From Vitrella brassicaformis CCMP3155 (taxonomy: Eukaryota; Protista; Chromerida): a stretch of DNA of 64,000 nt. The translations under genes and the position numbers were made by a program. Location of the stretch: assembly GCA_001179505.1 (NCBI GenBank), contig CDMY01000457.1:9347-73346 (forward strand), in the 5' to 3' direction. The notes below the pieces were generated by a model that worked only from the letters and a program-made list of their open reading frames with translations, was not told where the DNA came from and did not search any database. Below, in pieces: positions 10,768-23,500 of the stretch; the first letter of the stretch is position 1, and each line of letters starts with the position of its first letter.

Positions 10768-10951
10768 GGGCACAAGCGCTCAGGCGGCTATCTACCTGCA
10801 TGACTCAACGCCAAAACAGATGCACACACATATGACAAGAGAGGTCCTTGCGCTCAGAAAGGGACGACACTTACAGTAGTCTGTGCGGCCGTCAAGTGGA
10901 AGATCTCGGACACAATCCGTCAGAAGGCAACCACCACAGCTGCGCAAAGGC
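10755..10951 (-). promoter_or_regulatory. 5' module (non-coding exon, GTAAGT intron, UTR and ATG context) shared with 46774-46970
   Basis: A 54-nt identical block (ggaagatctc...gcgcaaaggc), the same act|gtaagt donor, and conserved cag|gtagatagYcgMctgagcgcttgtgYccATGGAGGCCGA. Confidence 0.8.
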
Positions 10952-11094
10952 GTTCCTGCCGTATCGCCAACGAAAAACTCGCGGATTGCCGTATCAGCCA
11001 ACAGCAATGGTTTGGGGCTGTTTTTCCGTCAATTTGCTGGGGGCGTCTCTCTCTTCCAAGGGTTGTCTCTCAGCTGTTAGTTGTGTTTCTCGCC

Positions 11095-12584
11095 ATGAAC
11101 AAGTTACCAGAAGAACGCTTTGACGTCCTGTGTGGCTTTCTTGAGCCGCAAGAGACAGCTTTTGTTCCGTGCGTGAGCAAAGCGGTACACACCACAATCA
11201 CGGTGGCTGTGCCGGGGTATCGTATGCGGCGCTTCATCGAGGCTCACCGCGTGAGAGCTGTGCTGGCCGTGCGGGAGCCCCGCCTGCGCTCAGCCCGCAA
11301 GAAACTGACGCCGCTCCTGTACATGCTCGAGAATGCCGGCAACATTATCAGCTGGCAGCAGGTAATACATGCCCTTTCACCGCATGCATGGCATTGCATA
11401 CACGCATCCCATCACATGTGTGCGCCTTTGTGTGTCTGTAGGTGCTGATATATGCCTACGTATGCGGCAGGGTGAAGGAGGTGCCGGTCAAGGTCGGTGA
11501 GGACGTGGCCGGGGCAGTGGACAAAGCTGCCTTTGACCGCCGCCCCAAGAGCATGCGGCAGCTGTCCCTCTTCAGCCACCATCTGAAGCCGACAAACCAC
11601 ATGCTGCTGACGCCCAAGAAGCTGCCGGGGGGCGGGGTGGGGGAGACGAAGGACCGGCTAGGGAGGGATTTCGTTACGGTGTACGCGGCGCCCATCCCCG
11701 GCGCTAATCATCGGGACCCCCAGCAACTTGACGACCAGAATCGGCCGCACCTATCACCCTCGCACCCGTTCAGCGGCATTCGCCCACTTGTGGGTCCGTG
11801 TCTCCTGCCTTTTGAGGAGAACGACCCGCCCGTCGAAGGTAATGTGACGCATTCAAATGCGACAGGCCTACCTCCTCGGGTTCATGTGCATTCGATGGCT
11901 GCCTGCCTGCAGTTGGAGGCGATGACTTTCTCGGAATTCAGAGCGCTGTCGTCCATCGGTGGGCAATTGTCGGTGGGCGGGAGACGCCAGCCGAAATACA
12001 CAGGCGAAATGCAATGAATGTTGTCTGCGCGTGTGCAGGGTGCAGCAGCACTCCCGCTTCCGTGAGATCTTGACCAGTCCTCACAACAGAACCTCTGTAG
12101 GGTTCGCCCGCACACACGCGCTGATAATCAGGTGTGCAGAGGCACGCACAATACGCCTGAGGATGCGTGTGAGGATGTGCGCCAGATGTGTGTCTTGATG
12201 TATGTATGCAATGCATATGCAGAATCCGGCAGTGCCTTTCTGGGGCTCACAGCGCCTGACCTCGACCCGCCGGTGGGCGCATCCCGGGCAGGTAAATCTA
12301 TTATTCGTCGGTCTGCCAAGAACTAACGAGCCAGGACGTCGCATGACGCGCACCATTGTCATGGGGGCGCCACGGACCCCGAGGAGCCCTTCGCATGCTA
12401 CATCGAGCTGACGACGACAGACAACCTGACGGCCCACGACAGCAGCGTGGCCAAAGTCTATACGACTGAGCTCCCGCAGCCCAACGCTGGTCACGGCGGG
12501 CTGGCAGGCGCCTATGCGCAAACGGTGGCTCTGGTGCGACAGGCACTTGGCCTGCAGGACGCACACGCAATCCTGCGGCTGTGA
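11095..12584 (+). CDS. Second member of the lineage-expanded F-box-like / NDPPV family; one frameshift in a G5 run at 12363-12367
   Basis: MNKLPEERFDVLCGFLEPQETAFVPCVSK (F-box-like), FEENDPPV, RRMTRTIVMG/ATDPEEPFACYIEL and AKVYTTELP...QTVALVRQALG, paralleling the gene at 2339-4156. Confidence 0.55.
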
Positions 12585-12959
12585 TGGACGAGAGAGAGGG
12601 AGGGAGAGGGAGAGGGAAGCAGACTGCGGATTGCGGGGGTACTGACTGTTGCGTGTTGATCTTGATGATGGACATGCCTGCATGCATGAGTGATCTGAAG
12701 TGATACCCATCAAATCACGCTCAACTCAAACCTCTAATCCCGACCGCACAGGCACGCTCCATTGCCTTGTCTCGTTGGGCTGTGGTGGTGTGCGTCGTCG
12801 CCAAGATGCATTGGCAGGGCCACACGAGTAGTCAATGCGATTCCGCCATCGATTCACTAGGTTGACATGAACCACACGCCCATACTTTGTGTCTCCCCCG
12901 TGCCCATTCACACTTCCATCGATCCATCGGGCAATCCATCCATCAATTCACACATCCAT

Positions 12960-14568
12960 TCATTCCTTGAATGCAGCAGTAGCCGCCATCCCCGCCGCAC
13001 CAAAGGTCGTGGCGACCTCCCTTGGCAATGGCCTGTCGACAAAGTCCCTGATACTCTCGAACAACGCCAGCACATCCAGGTCGTCACACGTGATGGTCAG
13101 CGACTGGTGGGGATACATATGAAGGACCTCCTCCGAAAACTCCTCGTGTGCCTCATGCCTCAAAGAAGAAAAACAAACACAAGCGAGACGTAAAGTAGAG
13201 AGAGACATGGATTGATGTTGTCCCCTCCTGCCGCCCTAAGATGGGCCCACCTTTTCGTGACGACGTCGGCGGCATCGTACTTGGACGTCACCAGGCGGTT
13301 CTTCACCGCCCCTTCGGTGGGCAGGTTGTCAGCGTAGTAGATCTCGCCGGTGAGAGGGTCGTGCAGCCGTTCAGAGAGCCGCTTCAGGGCCGTGTCGATC
13401 TTGACCGACAGGTTGATGAAGCGGTTGGGCGTCAGGTGGGCCTTGCGCAGGTAGTCGGCCTGCGCGGGGGTCTTGGGGAATCCATCTAACACCCAGCCCT
13501 TCTTCTCGCAGTCTGGCTGGCGCAAACGCTTGAGCACCGCCTCACACACCAGGTCGTCGCGCACCGGGGTGCCCTCGTTGAGGCTGCCCTTGAGCGCGTG
13601 GCTCACCTCGCTCTCGGTGATGGTGCTGAGGTTGTGCAACACCACGGCCACATCGACGTGCACCACGCCATAGTGCTTGGCGATCTTGGCTGCCTGCGTG
13701 GACCGGCCGCTGCCGGCGTGGCCCACAATCACGATCCGCGGCGGGCGGAGGGGCGCGTTGCTGTAAGGGCGCATGCTGATGTGGGCCTGGATGCCAGCGA
13801 ACACCTGATCAGGCTGGAGAGTGCCGTCCACCTGGTGCACGACAGGCTGGTAGAGGTGCAGGACGCCCATGAGGTGTCGGTAGTAGTGCTGCAGGCGGAG
13901 CTCCACGGCCTCACCCGAGTCGTCTGCAGCCGTGGAGTCGCTCACGTTCTTCTCCTGGAAGCGGCCCCTGACGATGTTCTCGGGGACGTTGAGCAGGATG
14001 AACTTGTCGGGTATGATGCGATTCAGCTGCAGTGCCTGGGCCTGCACCCGCGTCCTGGGGAAGCCGTCGAGCACCCACCCGCCCTTGACGCCCTCGAGCT
14101 CCTTCTTGACCAGGTCGACGACCACGTCGTCCGGCACTAGAGACCCGCTGGCCACCTGCTTGGTGAAGGCCTCCTCATCCGACTCGGCAAGCGTCTTGCG
14201 CAGGAGCTCGCCGACCGCCACGTGTGTGAGGTTGTACGTGTCGGCGATGCGCTTGGCATGGGTGGAGCGGCCGGAGCCGGGCGGGCCAAGGATGATGATC
14301 TTGAGGGGCTGGGGGTCCTTGAGCGTGTCGATGAGAAACTTGAGAGGGTCCTCAGGCTGGTGCAGGATCAGCTCACGCATCAAATAGTCAAACAAATCAT
14401 ACACCTCCTGCACACACCACACCACAGAGACGCACAAAGACCACGCAGAAATGAGGGGAGACGACATGCACTCAGCCAGCCACATGACATCTTGGCGCTT
14501 CTTGCCTTTGTTTCGAGGTAGTCCAGCGACTCGCGAAGGAACTCCTTCCTCTCTGCACCGTACTCCAT
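12960..14568 (-). CDS. AK8: Adenylate kinase 8-like protein: Dpy-30-like dimerisation motif plus two tandem AK domains, 3 exons
   Basis: LMRELILHQPEDPLKFL; two P-loops (GPPGSGRST, GHAGSGRST); two GWVLDGFP(R/K)T motifs; LID-like RLHDPLTGEIY. Exons 14568-14506, 14407-13251 and 13158-12960. Confidence 0.85.
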
Positions 14569-14870
14569 CGCCTACTGTTGCTCAGATCAAGCAGCACTCA
14601 AAGCAGCCGATGTCTGCAACAGTCCTCCTGGGGGCGGTCACAAGAATCAGAAGAGAGAGGTTGATTATTCCCTGAAAAACACTATGAAGACCTTCCTCTT
14701 CTCTGCGCTCCTGGCACGACGGGATTTGCAATGTTTTTTTCAGTCGAATCGGGGCGAGCTTGTGAGCTCGCAGGGCTGGGGAGCCGCGTTTTTCTTTTTT
14801 GTTTGCCACACGCCAGATACCCGAGAGCATGGCCGCCTGAGATCTCTCACTGAAGCGTGACTATATCAGC

Positions 14871-16559
14871 ATGGCATCAGAAACACACACGCCCCGCTCC
14901 GGCGCCCAAACACCTTACCGCAGGTCTGCACACGCAGAAGCGAAGATGTGTCACGGATTGGATGCCGCTGTGTCTTATTTGCTTGGCTGCAGAATGATGT
15001 CTGGCGGCGGTTCAGGCCAGCGTCGGATGTTCCTTGCCGAGCACACAGACGAAGCCCAGTATGCACAGATGTTCAAGCGCGGCGGCAAGACGTCGTTTGT
15101 GACGCACAATGGCAAGTACAACATCCTGCTCAAGTGGGCGTTCATGTCGCGGCTGTCGGTACTCTACTGGCGGGACCGGTTCCACAACCTGCTGGTGGTC
15201 AAGTGGTGGATGCTCGTCTGCATCCTCTTCTCCCTCTACGTCATCTGGGGCACCATACTCGCTCTCCTCACGTTCCTCGTCACGGCCGGGCAAGTCGAGG
15301 AGTGCCTGGGCGACGTGGAGGGCTATCTCAACTACTACTGGTTCGCCATCGAGACCATGTTTGCCGTCGGCTACGGGTCGCCCAGGATGCCCACGTGCCA
15401 CGCCGCCAACTGGATGGTCACCTTCATGGCCGGCAGCGGGGCCGTCCTCAACTCGATTGTCGTCGGCATCGTCTTCAACAAGTTCAGCGACGCCACCAAG
15501 CGGCGACACTCAGTGGCCTTCTCGCACGTCCTGGTGGGGGGCGACATCGACGCGAGTGATGCAGCCATGGCTATGCAGACAGGCCTGCCGGCAGCAGGTG
15601 TGTCAGGCCTCGGTGGCGTCGGCCAGGCCACCCTCATCCCGCCTAGCACCGCCCCTCGCGCCAGCTCGATGCTGCCGAGTCTGTCAGAGATGGATGAGGA
15701 GGACGGCAGCCCCCCTCCCTCGCGCAAGAGCACACTCGAGGACAGGAAGGCCGAGTCCCCCCTCTCCCCCCGCCGCACGCTGCGGCCCAGCCAGTCGTTC
15801 CAGGTCGGCCGCAAGAAGACCCTCGGCGGCACGATCTACCCCTCAACTGGAGGGGCCACGGGGCTGGGCCGGCTGTCGGTGGCCGCGGCGGCGGGGGCGT
15901 CGCAGCCAGGCATCGCTCGCATGTCTTCGGGGCTCGGGGCGTTTGGGCAGATGCAGGGCGCCGAAAGCCCGCCCACCCAGCAGATGCGGCCGCTTGAGGT
16001 GGAAGAGAAGCAGCACTTCTCGCTGACGTTCCGCATGATGAACTTGGCGTCGTCGCCCTTCATCGACCCCTCGCTCACCATATACCTCCTCGAACACGAC
16101 CCTGAAGACCTGGTGAGCCAGCCCACCATCCCACCATCTCTCCATACAAAAGAGGAACACGCACCGACATCAATGCATGCGTGTCTGTGTGTCATGGCAT
16201 TCGTTGCTCAGATGATTCACCGTTTCAACCGTTTTTTCACCAACATCCCCCTGGAGTTCCTGTCGCTGCCCGTGTCGGTGACGGTGGACTCGTGCGACCC
16301 CGACTCGCCCCTGTACGGCCTCACCCCCGACGAGCTGCAGCAGCACGGGTCGGCCTTCGAGCTGGTGGTGCTGCTCAACCTCACCGACAACCTCACCAGC
16401 CGCACCGTGGAGATCCGCAAGAGCTGGAAGCTCGACAACATCCACTGGAATAGGAACTTCAAGAACATCATCCGCCGCACCGGACTGGTCGACCACGGCG
16501 CATACGAGATCGATGTCGACGACTTCCACATCACCGAGGAGGAAGACTCGTGGCTGTAG
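14871..16559 (+). CDS. Inward-rectifier potassium channel (Kir/IRK family)
   Basis: HNGKYNI...YWRDRFHNLLVVKWW (N-terminus/slide helix), TM1, pore WFAIETMFAVGYG with flanking conserved Cys residues, TM2 SIVVGIVFNKFS, and a cytoplasmic IRK domain (FELVVLLNLTD...SWKLDNIHWNRNF...YEIDVDDFH). Introns at about 14924-14992 and 16113-16210. Confidence 0.9.
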   Translation: MASETHTPRSGAQTPYRRSAHAEAKMCHGLDAAVSYLLGCRMMSGGGSGQRRMFLAEHTDEAQYAQMFKRGGKTSFVTHNGKYNILLKWAFMSRLSVLYWRDRFHNLLVVKWWMLVCILFSLYVIWGTILALLTFLVTAGQVEECLGDVEGYLNYYWFAIETMFAVGYGSPRMPTCHAANWMVTFMAGSGAVLNSIVVGIVFNKFSDATKRRHSVAFSHVLVGGDIDASDAAMAMQTGLPAAGVSGLGGVGQATLIPPSTAPRASSMLPSLSEMDEEDGSPPPSRKSTLEDRKAESPLSPRRTLRPSQSFQVGRKKTLGGTIYPSTGGATGLGRLSVAAAAGASQPGIARMSSGLGAFGQMQGAESPPTQQMRPLEVEEKQHFSLTFRMMNLASSPFIDPSLTIYLLEHDPEDLVSQPTIPPSLHTKEEHAPTSMHACLCVMAFVAQMIHRFNRFFTNIPLEFLSLPVSVTVDSCDPDSPLYGLTPDELQQHGSAFELVVLLNLTDNLTSRTVEIRKSWKLDNIHWNRNFKNIIRRTGLVDHGAYEIDVDDFHITEEEDSWL

Positions 16560-17566
16560 GGTGTGGGGTGGAGAGAGGGGGCATGGAAGGGAGGAGAGGA
16601 GACAGGTGCAGGTAGCTGGCTGGCTTCGGTTTTGCGCCCTCGGTCTTCCTTCTTTCGGTATCTGTAGAGTGAGTGTTTTCTGCCCGTTTGTGTACATGTA
16701 CGCGTCTGTCTGCACGTATTTCTTTACACGACTCCACGGCACTTTTTATCCCACTGCGTGTGTGTGCGTCTCTTATATACATGCATGTACCATCCATTCC
16801 ACTACGTATCCATGTGTACATGGGGGCCGCCCCAGACAGACCGACAGACAGGCAGGCCCCTCACTCGTTCATGTGTAGCGCTTAAATGAATATCTGTCCG
16901 TGTGTGTGTACTTGTAGGAGAGAGGAGAGAGAGCCGTCCGTCCATGTGTGTATGTGCTTTCTTCACGGTGCCTGCCTGCCTGCCTGCCTGCAATTAGCCA
17001 AGAGGCCTCTGTCTCACATCTGGGGATGACTCGGCAGACGTGAATCGTGTGTTGTCCTATCTTTGGTCTTATCTCCGTTCGCTTGCTTGGAGGAAAGGGC
17101 ACCTGCAGTGTCAGCGCGGAGGCACCAGAGGCTGCCCTTGCATCCACACTGGTGAACGGCGAGAGAGCAAGACAATGCGACGACCATGCCCACCATCTCT
17201 CCATTTGTATACATGCGTTATTGATCTTGATCGCGTGGCCGAGAGGCTCGTGCCGCCGTCTACATATCCCCCTTGTGGACGTCGGTGCTTTTTGTGTGGC
17301 TCTCTGTTTGTGGGCCATGCGAGAGAGACCTGTCTATACAAACACTCATGCTATTGCTAATTTGTGTGTCTGTCGGGTTATCTACGTCCCTTCAGCCCTA
17401 GGCTTGACGACTTGTCATGATACACATCGACCGTCCCACACACGCCACATGCACAGCTCGTCCTTTCGCAAGACACACACACATGCACAAGACAGCCACG
17501 GCCAACAAGCCTTAAATGTCATCACTACTCCTCAAGAGACATTTCGCGCCTGCCTGCCTCCGCTAA

Positions 17567-20500
17567 CTATGACCCCTCCTTTTCCTGCTGTCCATCCTCG
17601 ATGCGCTGCACGTACTCCCTGGCCTTGTTCTGCACCTCCTGCTCGCCTGCAGCTGTACCGTGACGCTTTTCGAAATCCAACCACCTGACCGACCAACCAT
17701 CCATCCATGTCGCAAATGAAGCAGGGTGCCAGGCATTGGTGTTCCTTACCGCTTGAAGAAGAACTTCATCTTCTGTGGCTTGAGGCTGAGCGCCACGGCC
17801 CGCTCGAAGACCTGCCGCACGTTGTCGAGCAGGGCGGGCGTCTGCCGTGGGGGTGTGGAGGCCTTGATGTGGGCGTCCAGGTGCTGAGCCCACAGATCCA
17901 GCCGACGAGGGTAGGTCCGCAACAGACCCTCAAAGATCGTCTGACCCCTGCAGGAAATCACACATGCACATGCAGGCAACAGACAGCATTCTGAGGTTTG
18001 TCGGTGGTTGGTTGGTACCTGTCGGCGCTGGCGTGTTTGTATTCGAGAAGAGCTGCCTTTGTGATGACGGCGATGTGTTTCCTTTTGGGGAGCTGCCGCA
18101 ACGCTTTGGGCAGCACCTGGCGGGCCTCTTCCGCCTTGCCCGCCACCTCATACAGATAGGTCAGATAGCGTATCCACACCTGCATGAAATCGTGGATGGG
18201 CAGACAGACAGCCCGAGGTGCGGGCAAACGACACACATGACCGGCCATGTGTCCGTACTGACCTTCTTGGCTTGTGGGAATTTGTCGCACGTCTTTTGGC
18301 AGGTGGCTTCGCACAGGTCCATCTTGTTGTTGCGCTGGTAAATGTAGCCCATCTGCAGCCATATCGCCTTGGGAGAGTTGAACTGACACGCACTGCACGA
18401 ACCAACAACACAACACACCCACCGACTCGCAATGAGACGGCATAGTGCACACGTCCCTGCGTGTGTGAGAGCACACGCACCGTTTGAAGACTTGGTCGAG
18501 TTGTTGCTGCGTGCCGAATGAGCACTCCATGTTGAGGTAAGCGATCCAGACGTTCTGCCTCTCCTTGTCCTCCCTGAATGAGATGTGCTTGACGCCCCGC
18601 TCAGCCACCTCACGCGCATGCCGCAGCTCGCTCAGCTTCAACCAGTACGCCATGTACCTACACAGACAAGCGTCAATGAGTGTTGATGAGAGAATGTTTC
18701 TTTGGCGTTGGTTTGGCAACTGACTTGATCCAGACGATTGACGAGTCGCCCTTGGTGAGCAGGAGGCGCTCGAAGTCATCCGGGCTCTGGGGATTGCTCG
18801 CCCAGTCCTCCCGAAGCGCTGACTCCTCCGCCGCGCGCAATGAGGCCTCCTCGAGACGCTGAATGACACGGACACAGCACGTACAAAGGAAGGAATATGT
18901 ATTCCTGCTTCTTCCGCTCGTTGGCTCTCACCTTCTTGGCTTCCTTGGCCCGTTTGCTTTTCCTCTTGACTGGCACGGCCTCCTCATGATCGCCTAACTC
19001 CTCATCCCCACTCTCTCCACTCGACTCCTCACCCGCTGCCATTGTCGACGGTTCAGGTTGGCCGCCCTCATACAGCCGCACGTCGCCAAAGTCGAAGACC
19101 TCACCCAGCAGGGCGCCAGTGTCGGACGACGCAGCGAGCAGGTCTTCTTCTGACGGCTCTGAGGCCGCCTTTCTTTTGCGGCGTTTGGGGGGCGGGAAAG
19201 GGGCGGATGACGACACATCGTCACGGTCCTGCTTGCCAGAATCCTCCTCGTGTTCTTCTTGAGCGTCCCTAGCCCGTTTGGCGGCATTCCTCTCTGTCTT
19301 CCGTCTCTTTGCTGGCGGCAATACCTCCTCCTGGTCGTCGATCTCGTCGATGGCCTCATCGCCATTCATTTCTACCTCAGCATCAGCCGGCTCTTCCTCC
19401 TCCGCCATGTCGTCCTCGTCCATCCCCAGTCCGTCCAGCATGTCTGCATCCTCATTGATGTCCTCTTGGTCGCCCTCGTCTGCGAAGTTTGAGGGTTTGA
19501 GGCTGACGGAGAGCCGGCGCTGGTCGGTGTTGACCTTGATGACTTTGGCCTTGACGCGGTCTCCCACTTTGAGGGACTGCAGGGGGAGGGTGAGGTTGTT
19601 GGGCGGCGGCGGGGCGTCGCTGATCTCGCTCACGTGGCAGAAACAGTCCAGGCTGACGGAGTTGTCGATGCGGATGAACACGCCGAATGACTCCTTGCGC
19701 TTGACGCGGCCCGTGACAGTGTCACCCTCCTGATTACAGACACGGGACGTAGCAGGATGAGGTGTGTGTGTGTATATCTGTCCCTCTCTCACCTTGACGT
19801 CATCAAAGGTGAGTATCTGTTGCCCCTCCTTCAGTGTGGCCGCGTCCTTCAGCGACAGCTCCACTCGGTCATCCTCAACTTTCTTGACCACCAGCCTCCG
19901 CAGAAGCTTGCCGACGGGGAAGAGCGACTCCACCTCACTCGGGTCGGTCGGCGTCTCCCTTAACTCGCCCAGCCTGATGCGACCGGTGAGGGCATGGCTG
20001 AGGGCCACAAACACCCCCCTGGCGTTGGACTGGCTGATGTAGCCACCAACAACCTGCCCGACTGACATGGCGGAGGGATCGAGGGGGCGGTCGGTCGTGA
20101 TCTTGTCCTTCTTGCTCGCTGTCTCGGCTTTGGCTAGCAGGGAGGGGCGGAGAGAACCCTCTGACAAGACGACACGCAAGAATGGAAAGGACGCCAGGCA
20201 GTGCTTTGTGTGGGCTTCTCTCACTCTCACCGAGCACGAGTTTCGATTTCTCATCGGCCAGTCCCAGGATGACCATGGGCACCAGCTGGCCCTCCTTGAA
20301 CCCCTTCAGCGGCTTCTCGGTAAGGTGGTCATGGATCTCCGTGCAGTGCATCCGCACCCCCAGACATCCACCCAGACTCACAGCCAGCTCACCGCCGCCC
20401 TTCGTCGCATTGACCGCGGCCACCCGGCCCACCACCCTCTTGCCTGCGGGCGCACGCCTCCTGGCATACTCTCGTTGCCCCTCCTTTGTGTCGAGGGACT

Positions 20501-23500
20501 CGTTGCCGCCAACGGGAATCACGCCGCTTCGCCGCCGCGTTTGGGCGATGGCGAGGTCCAGTGATTTCTTGGCCGAGTGCGATGCGCCGGTGGCGTGTAG
20601 CACCTCCACGGTGAGGAGTTGGCCGACGTGGAAGTGTGCCTTAATGTTCTTGAGCACAGAGAGGTGCGGCGATGCGTCAGTGATGAAGACGCGGCCCTTG
20701 ACGTGGGGCGAGAGCTCCACCCACAGCCCGTCTTTGTCGATAGACATCAGCACGCCGCTGTAGTGCTCACCAACCTGCACACACACAAGACGGCATAGAT
20801 GCCCACGGGCACACGAGTGTGTGAGCTGACCTTGATGTTTTTCCATGTCGGCACGAGTGCGTCCCCCATCTCCCTGATCTTGTCAGCCGGGTCCATGGCA
20901 TCCGCCACCTCAGGCCGCGTCGTGATCTCCACGACAAACACACCCTCGTCGTTGCCCTCCTCATCCACCGCACCCCCCTGCTGCCTGTGCTTGACACGCA
21001 CGATGCGGCCCTCCAGCTGCCCGCTGCCCTTGAGCCCCTCCAGAGGCATCACTGCATCGGGCAAGGACGACTCGTCGTGGGGCTTGCTGGGCAGAGGGGG
21101 CGGGTCGAGCATTTGTGTGCCGTGGAGACTTATCTGCACGTTGCGGCCAGTCCGACCGAAGGCGTGTGTGGGCTTGACGGCCTTGAGGTCGCCTTTGATG
21201 AGCGAACCGACCTGAACGAAGACACACAGAGGGACCATGGACGTTTGAGCCAGGGTTGATGTTGGCGTCTCATTCCCTCATTCACCTGGAGCTCCTCTTC
21301 CTTGTAGACACGTCCGGCGACTTTCTTCTTGCCCTTGGCCTCCTTCCGCTTGCTGCTCGGCCACTGCGCCACTCCAACCAGGCACTCCCCAGCCACTGGT
21401 AGCGTCGTTGTATCCCGAATGGCGACCTTGACGCGCGGCTTGTCGCCATCCTTCTGCGCGTGCCTCTTGACATCGTTGAGACACGGCCCTGGGGCAATGA
21501 TGACGGCCTTGACGCGCCGCTCGCCCACCGATGTGTCACATGTGAGGACGGAGTAGAGGGACCTGGACAGCTGGGCTTCAGCGGAGATTGTGGTGCCCTT
21601 CAGAGCCACCAGGGCGGCGCGCACATCGTCAGCAGGGTCGCCACCAGACCGCTTCCGTTTCTTTTTGCCCTTTGGTGCCGAGGCGGCCGTCTCCACCGTC
21701 CACAGAGGCCGATCGACGAGCTCGTCCTTCAGTGAAACGTCAACAATCTTCTTGTCGATGTTAACGTCGAGAACGAAAGCAGTCACCTCCGCCCCCTCGG
21801 TCAGACGGTCGGTCCTCTTCGTGGGATAGTGTGCTTTGTGGACAATGCCGGTGAGGTCCTGGCTGTCGTTGATGGACAGGATGAGGCCGTAGGGCTTGAC
21901 GCTGCTCACTGTGGCAGAAAGCAGGCCGCCGATCTTGACATGCTGCCATGCGGATGAAGATTCATCGGCTGAGTCGAGGGCACCACTCTGCGTGAGCAGC
22001 AGCCTCTCGCCATCAAGATAGCTGCATTACAGAGCAACAGATACGTTGAAATGACATCCTCTCGCTCATTACTTGGTGCACTCACCTGGCAAGTATCTTG
22101 GAACCCATCTCAGCCATCTTGGCATCGCGACCACCCAGCGCGGACTGCCTCAAGTCCAAGTTGATCCGCCTGCTCTGCGCCGGTGCCTTGCCGTCCCCCT
22201 TGGCAGTCTCGCCTCCCGGTTCCTGCACATCGATCACCTTGGCCCACACGGTCTGCCCCTCGCTGTAGATGTCCTCTGCATTCTCCACGAAGCGGTCAGA
22301 GAGGAAGGGCTTGAGGACCAGCCCCGCGCACCGCCAGCTGCCTAGACCGACCACCACACCGGCCGGGCTGAATCGACGCACGTACGCTAAGCGCATCTCG
22401 TGGAGGGAGATATCCTCCAGCTGGGTCACGAACTGACCGCTGCGGGACACCTCTGGGAGACCAACACGACAGCGATGGACGGCGGGGCTGTGTTCATACG
22501 GTGTGTGTCTTGTGAGTACTGTTACCGATGAGTGATGGTTTGAGCGAGACGACGGGGGCCCGAGTCTTCTTATCGGGGGTTGGGGCGCCAGGAGAGAGCA
22601 CCACGGCCGATGGGAACCGCAGTGTGTGGCCGCCGCTCGTCTCCTGACCAGCCAAGTCACGGGTATACATATTGGTGTTGCAAAGCACATCGTTTCTCTC
22701 CTACCTGAGCAATTTGGTGTATTCGGTTGTTCTGCTCGACGTCGTCTGAGAGGTGACCGGGTGGGATGTAGCCCACAACCATCACGCGAGAAGACGTGCC
22801 GTCATCAGCTGAGGTGTCCACCGCAACGAAGCTCGCATACAGGCCTTGTGGTGCCTGTGGTGTTGGCTGCGTGTCGGTTGGCTCTGTCTTGACGACGGGC
22901 AGCAGCCTGACACTGTCCACAATCTGGCCATACTCGAGCAGCTCTGCATACAGCCACGCAGAAAGGAATCAGACACCAACGGTACCGTCTTTTGCTGTCC
23001 GCCTACTTTCCACTTTGTTGCCGTCGGTGACCACAGGCAGGTCCTTCTCATCCTCGTCAGCCTCTTGCTGGCCCCTCTCCACGACATCCAAGGGGACGGG
23101 CAGCGGCCTCTCCTTCACCTTGGGCTGCAGGTCCAGAGACAGCATCAGCTGGTGCCCATCTTGGTCCACACGGGTGATGCGGGCCGTCACCAGCTGCCCT
23201 TTCTTGTGGTCGGATGCAAACGTGTCGGACAGTGCCCGTGCGGGAAGAAGCCCCCTGATGTCGGCATAGAAGTGCACGACGATGCCGAAGGACTGCACCG
23301 TGCCCACCGAGCTGGCAGAGACAGAGGGCAAGGGTATGCAGGTGTGCAGCATAATGGTGGTGTGCTGTCTTACCCCGTGACAATTTGGTTGACGTGTGCC
23401 TGTGAGATGTCGGTGAGGGCGTTGTCGTCGCGGACCAGGGTCTTCTTGGCCGTCAGCTGCAGACGCCTGCACACACACAGAGGAGGACCACGGATGAAAG

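Noticed and set aside
12726-12911. Short minus-strand ORF (DTKYGRVVHVNLVNRWRNRIDYSCGP)
   Set aside because: Lies immediately downstream of the AK8 stop (probable 3'UTR); no supported start, splice partner or homology.
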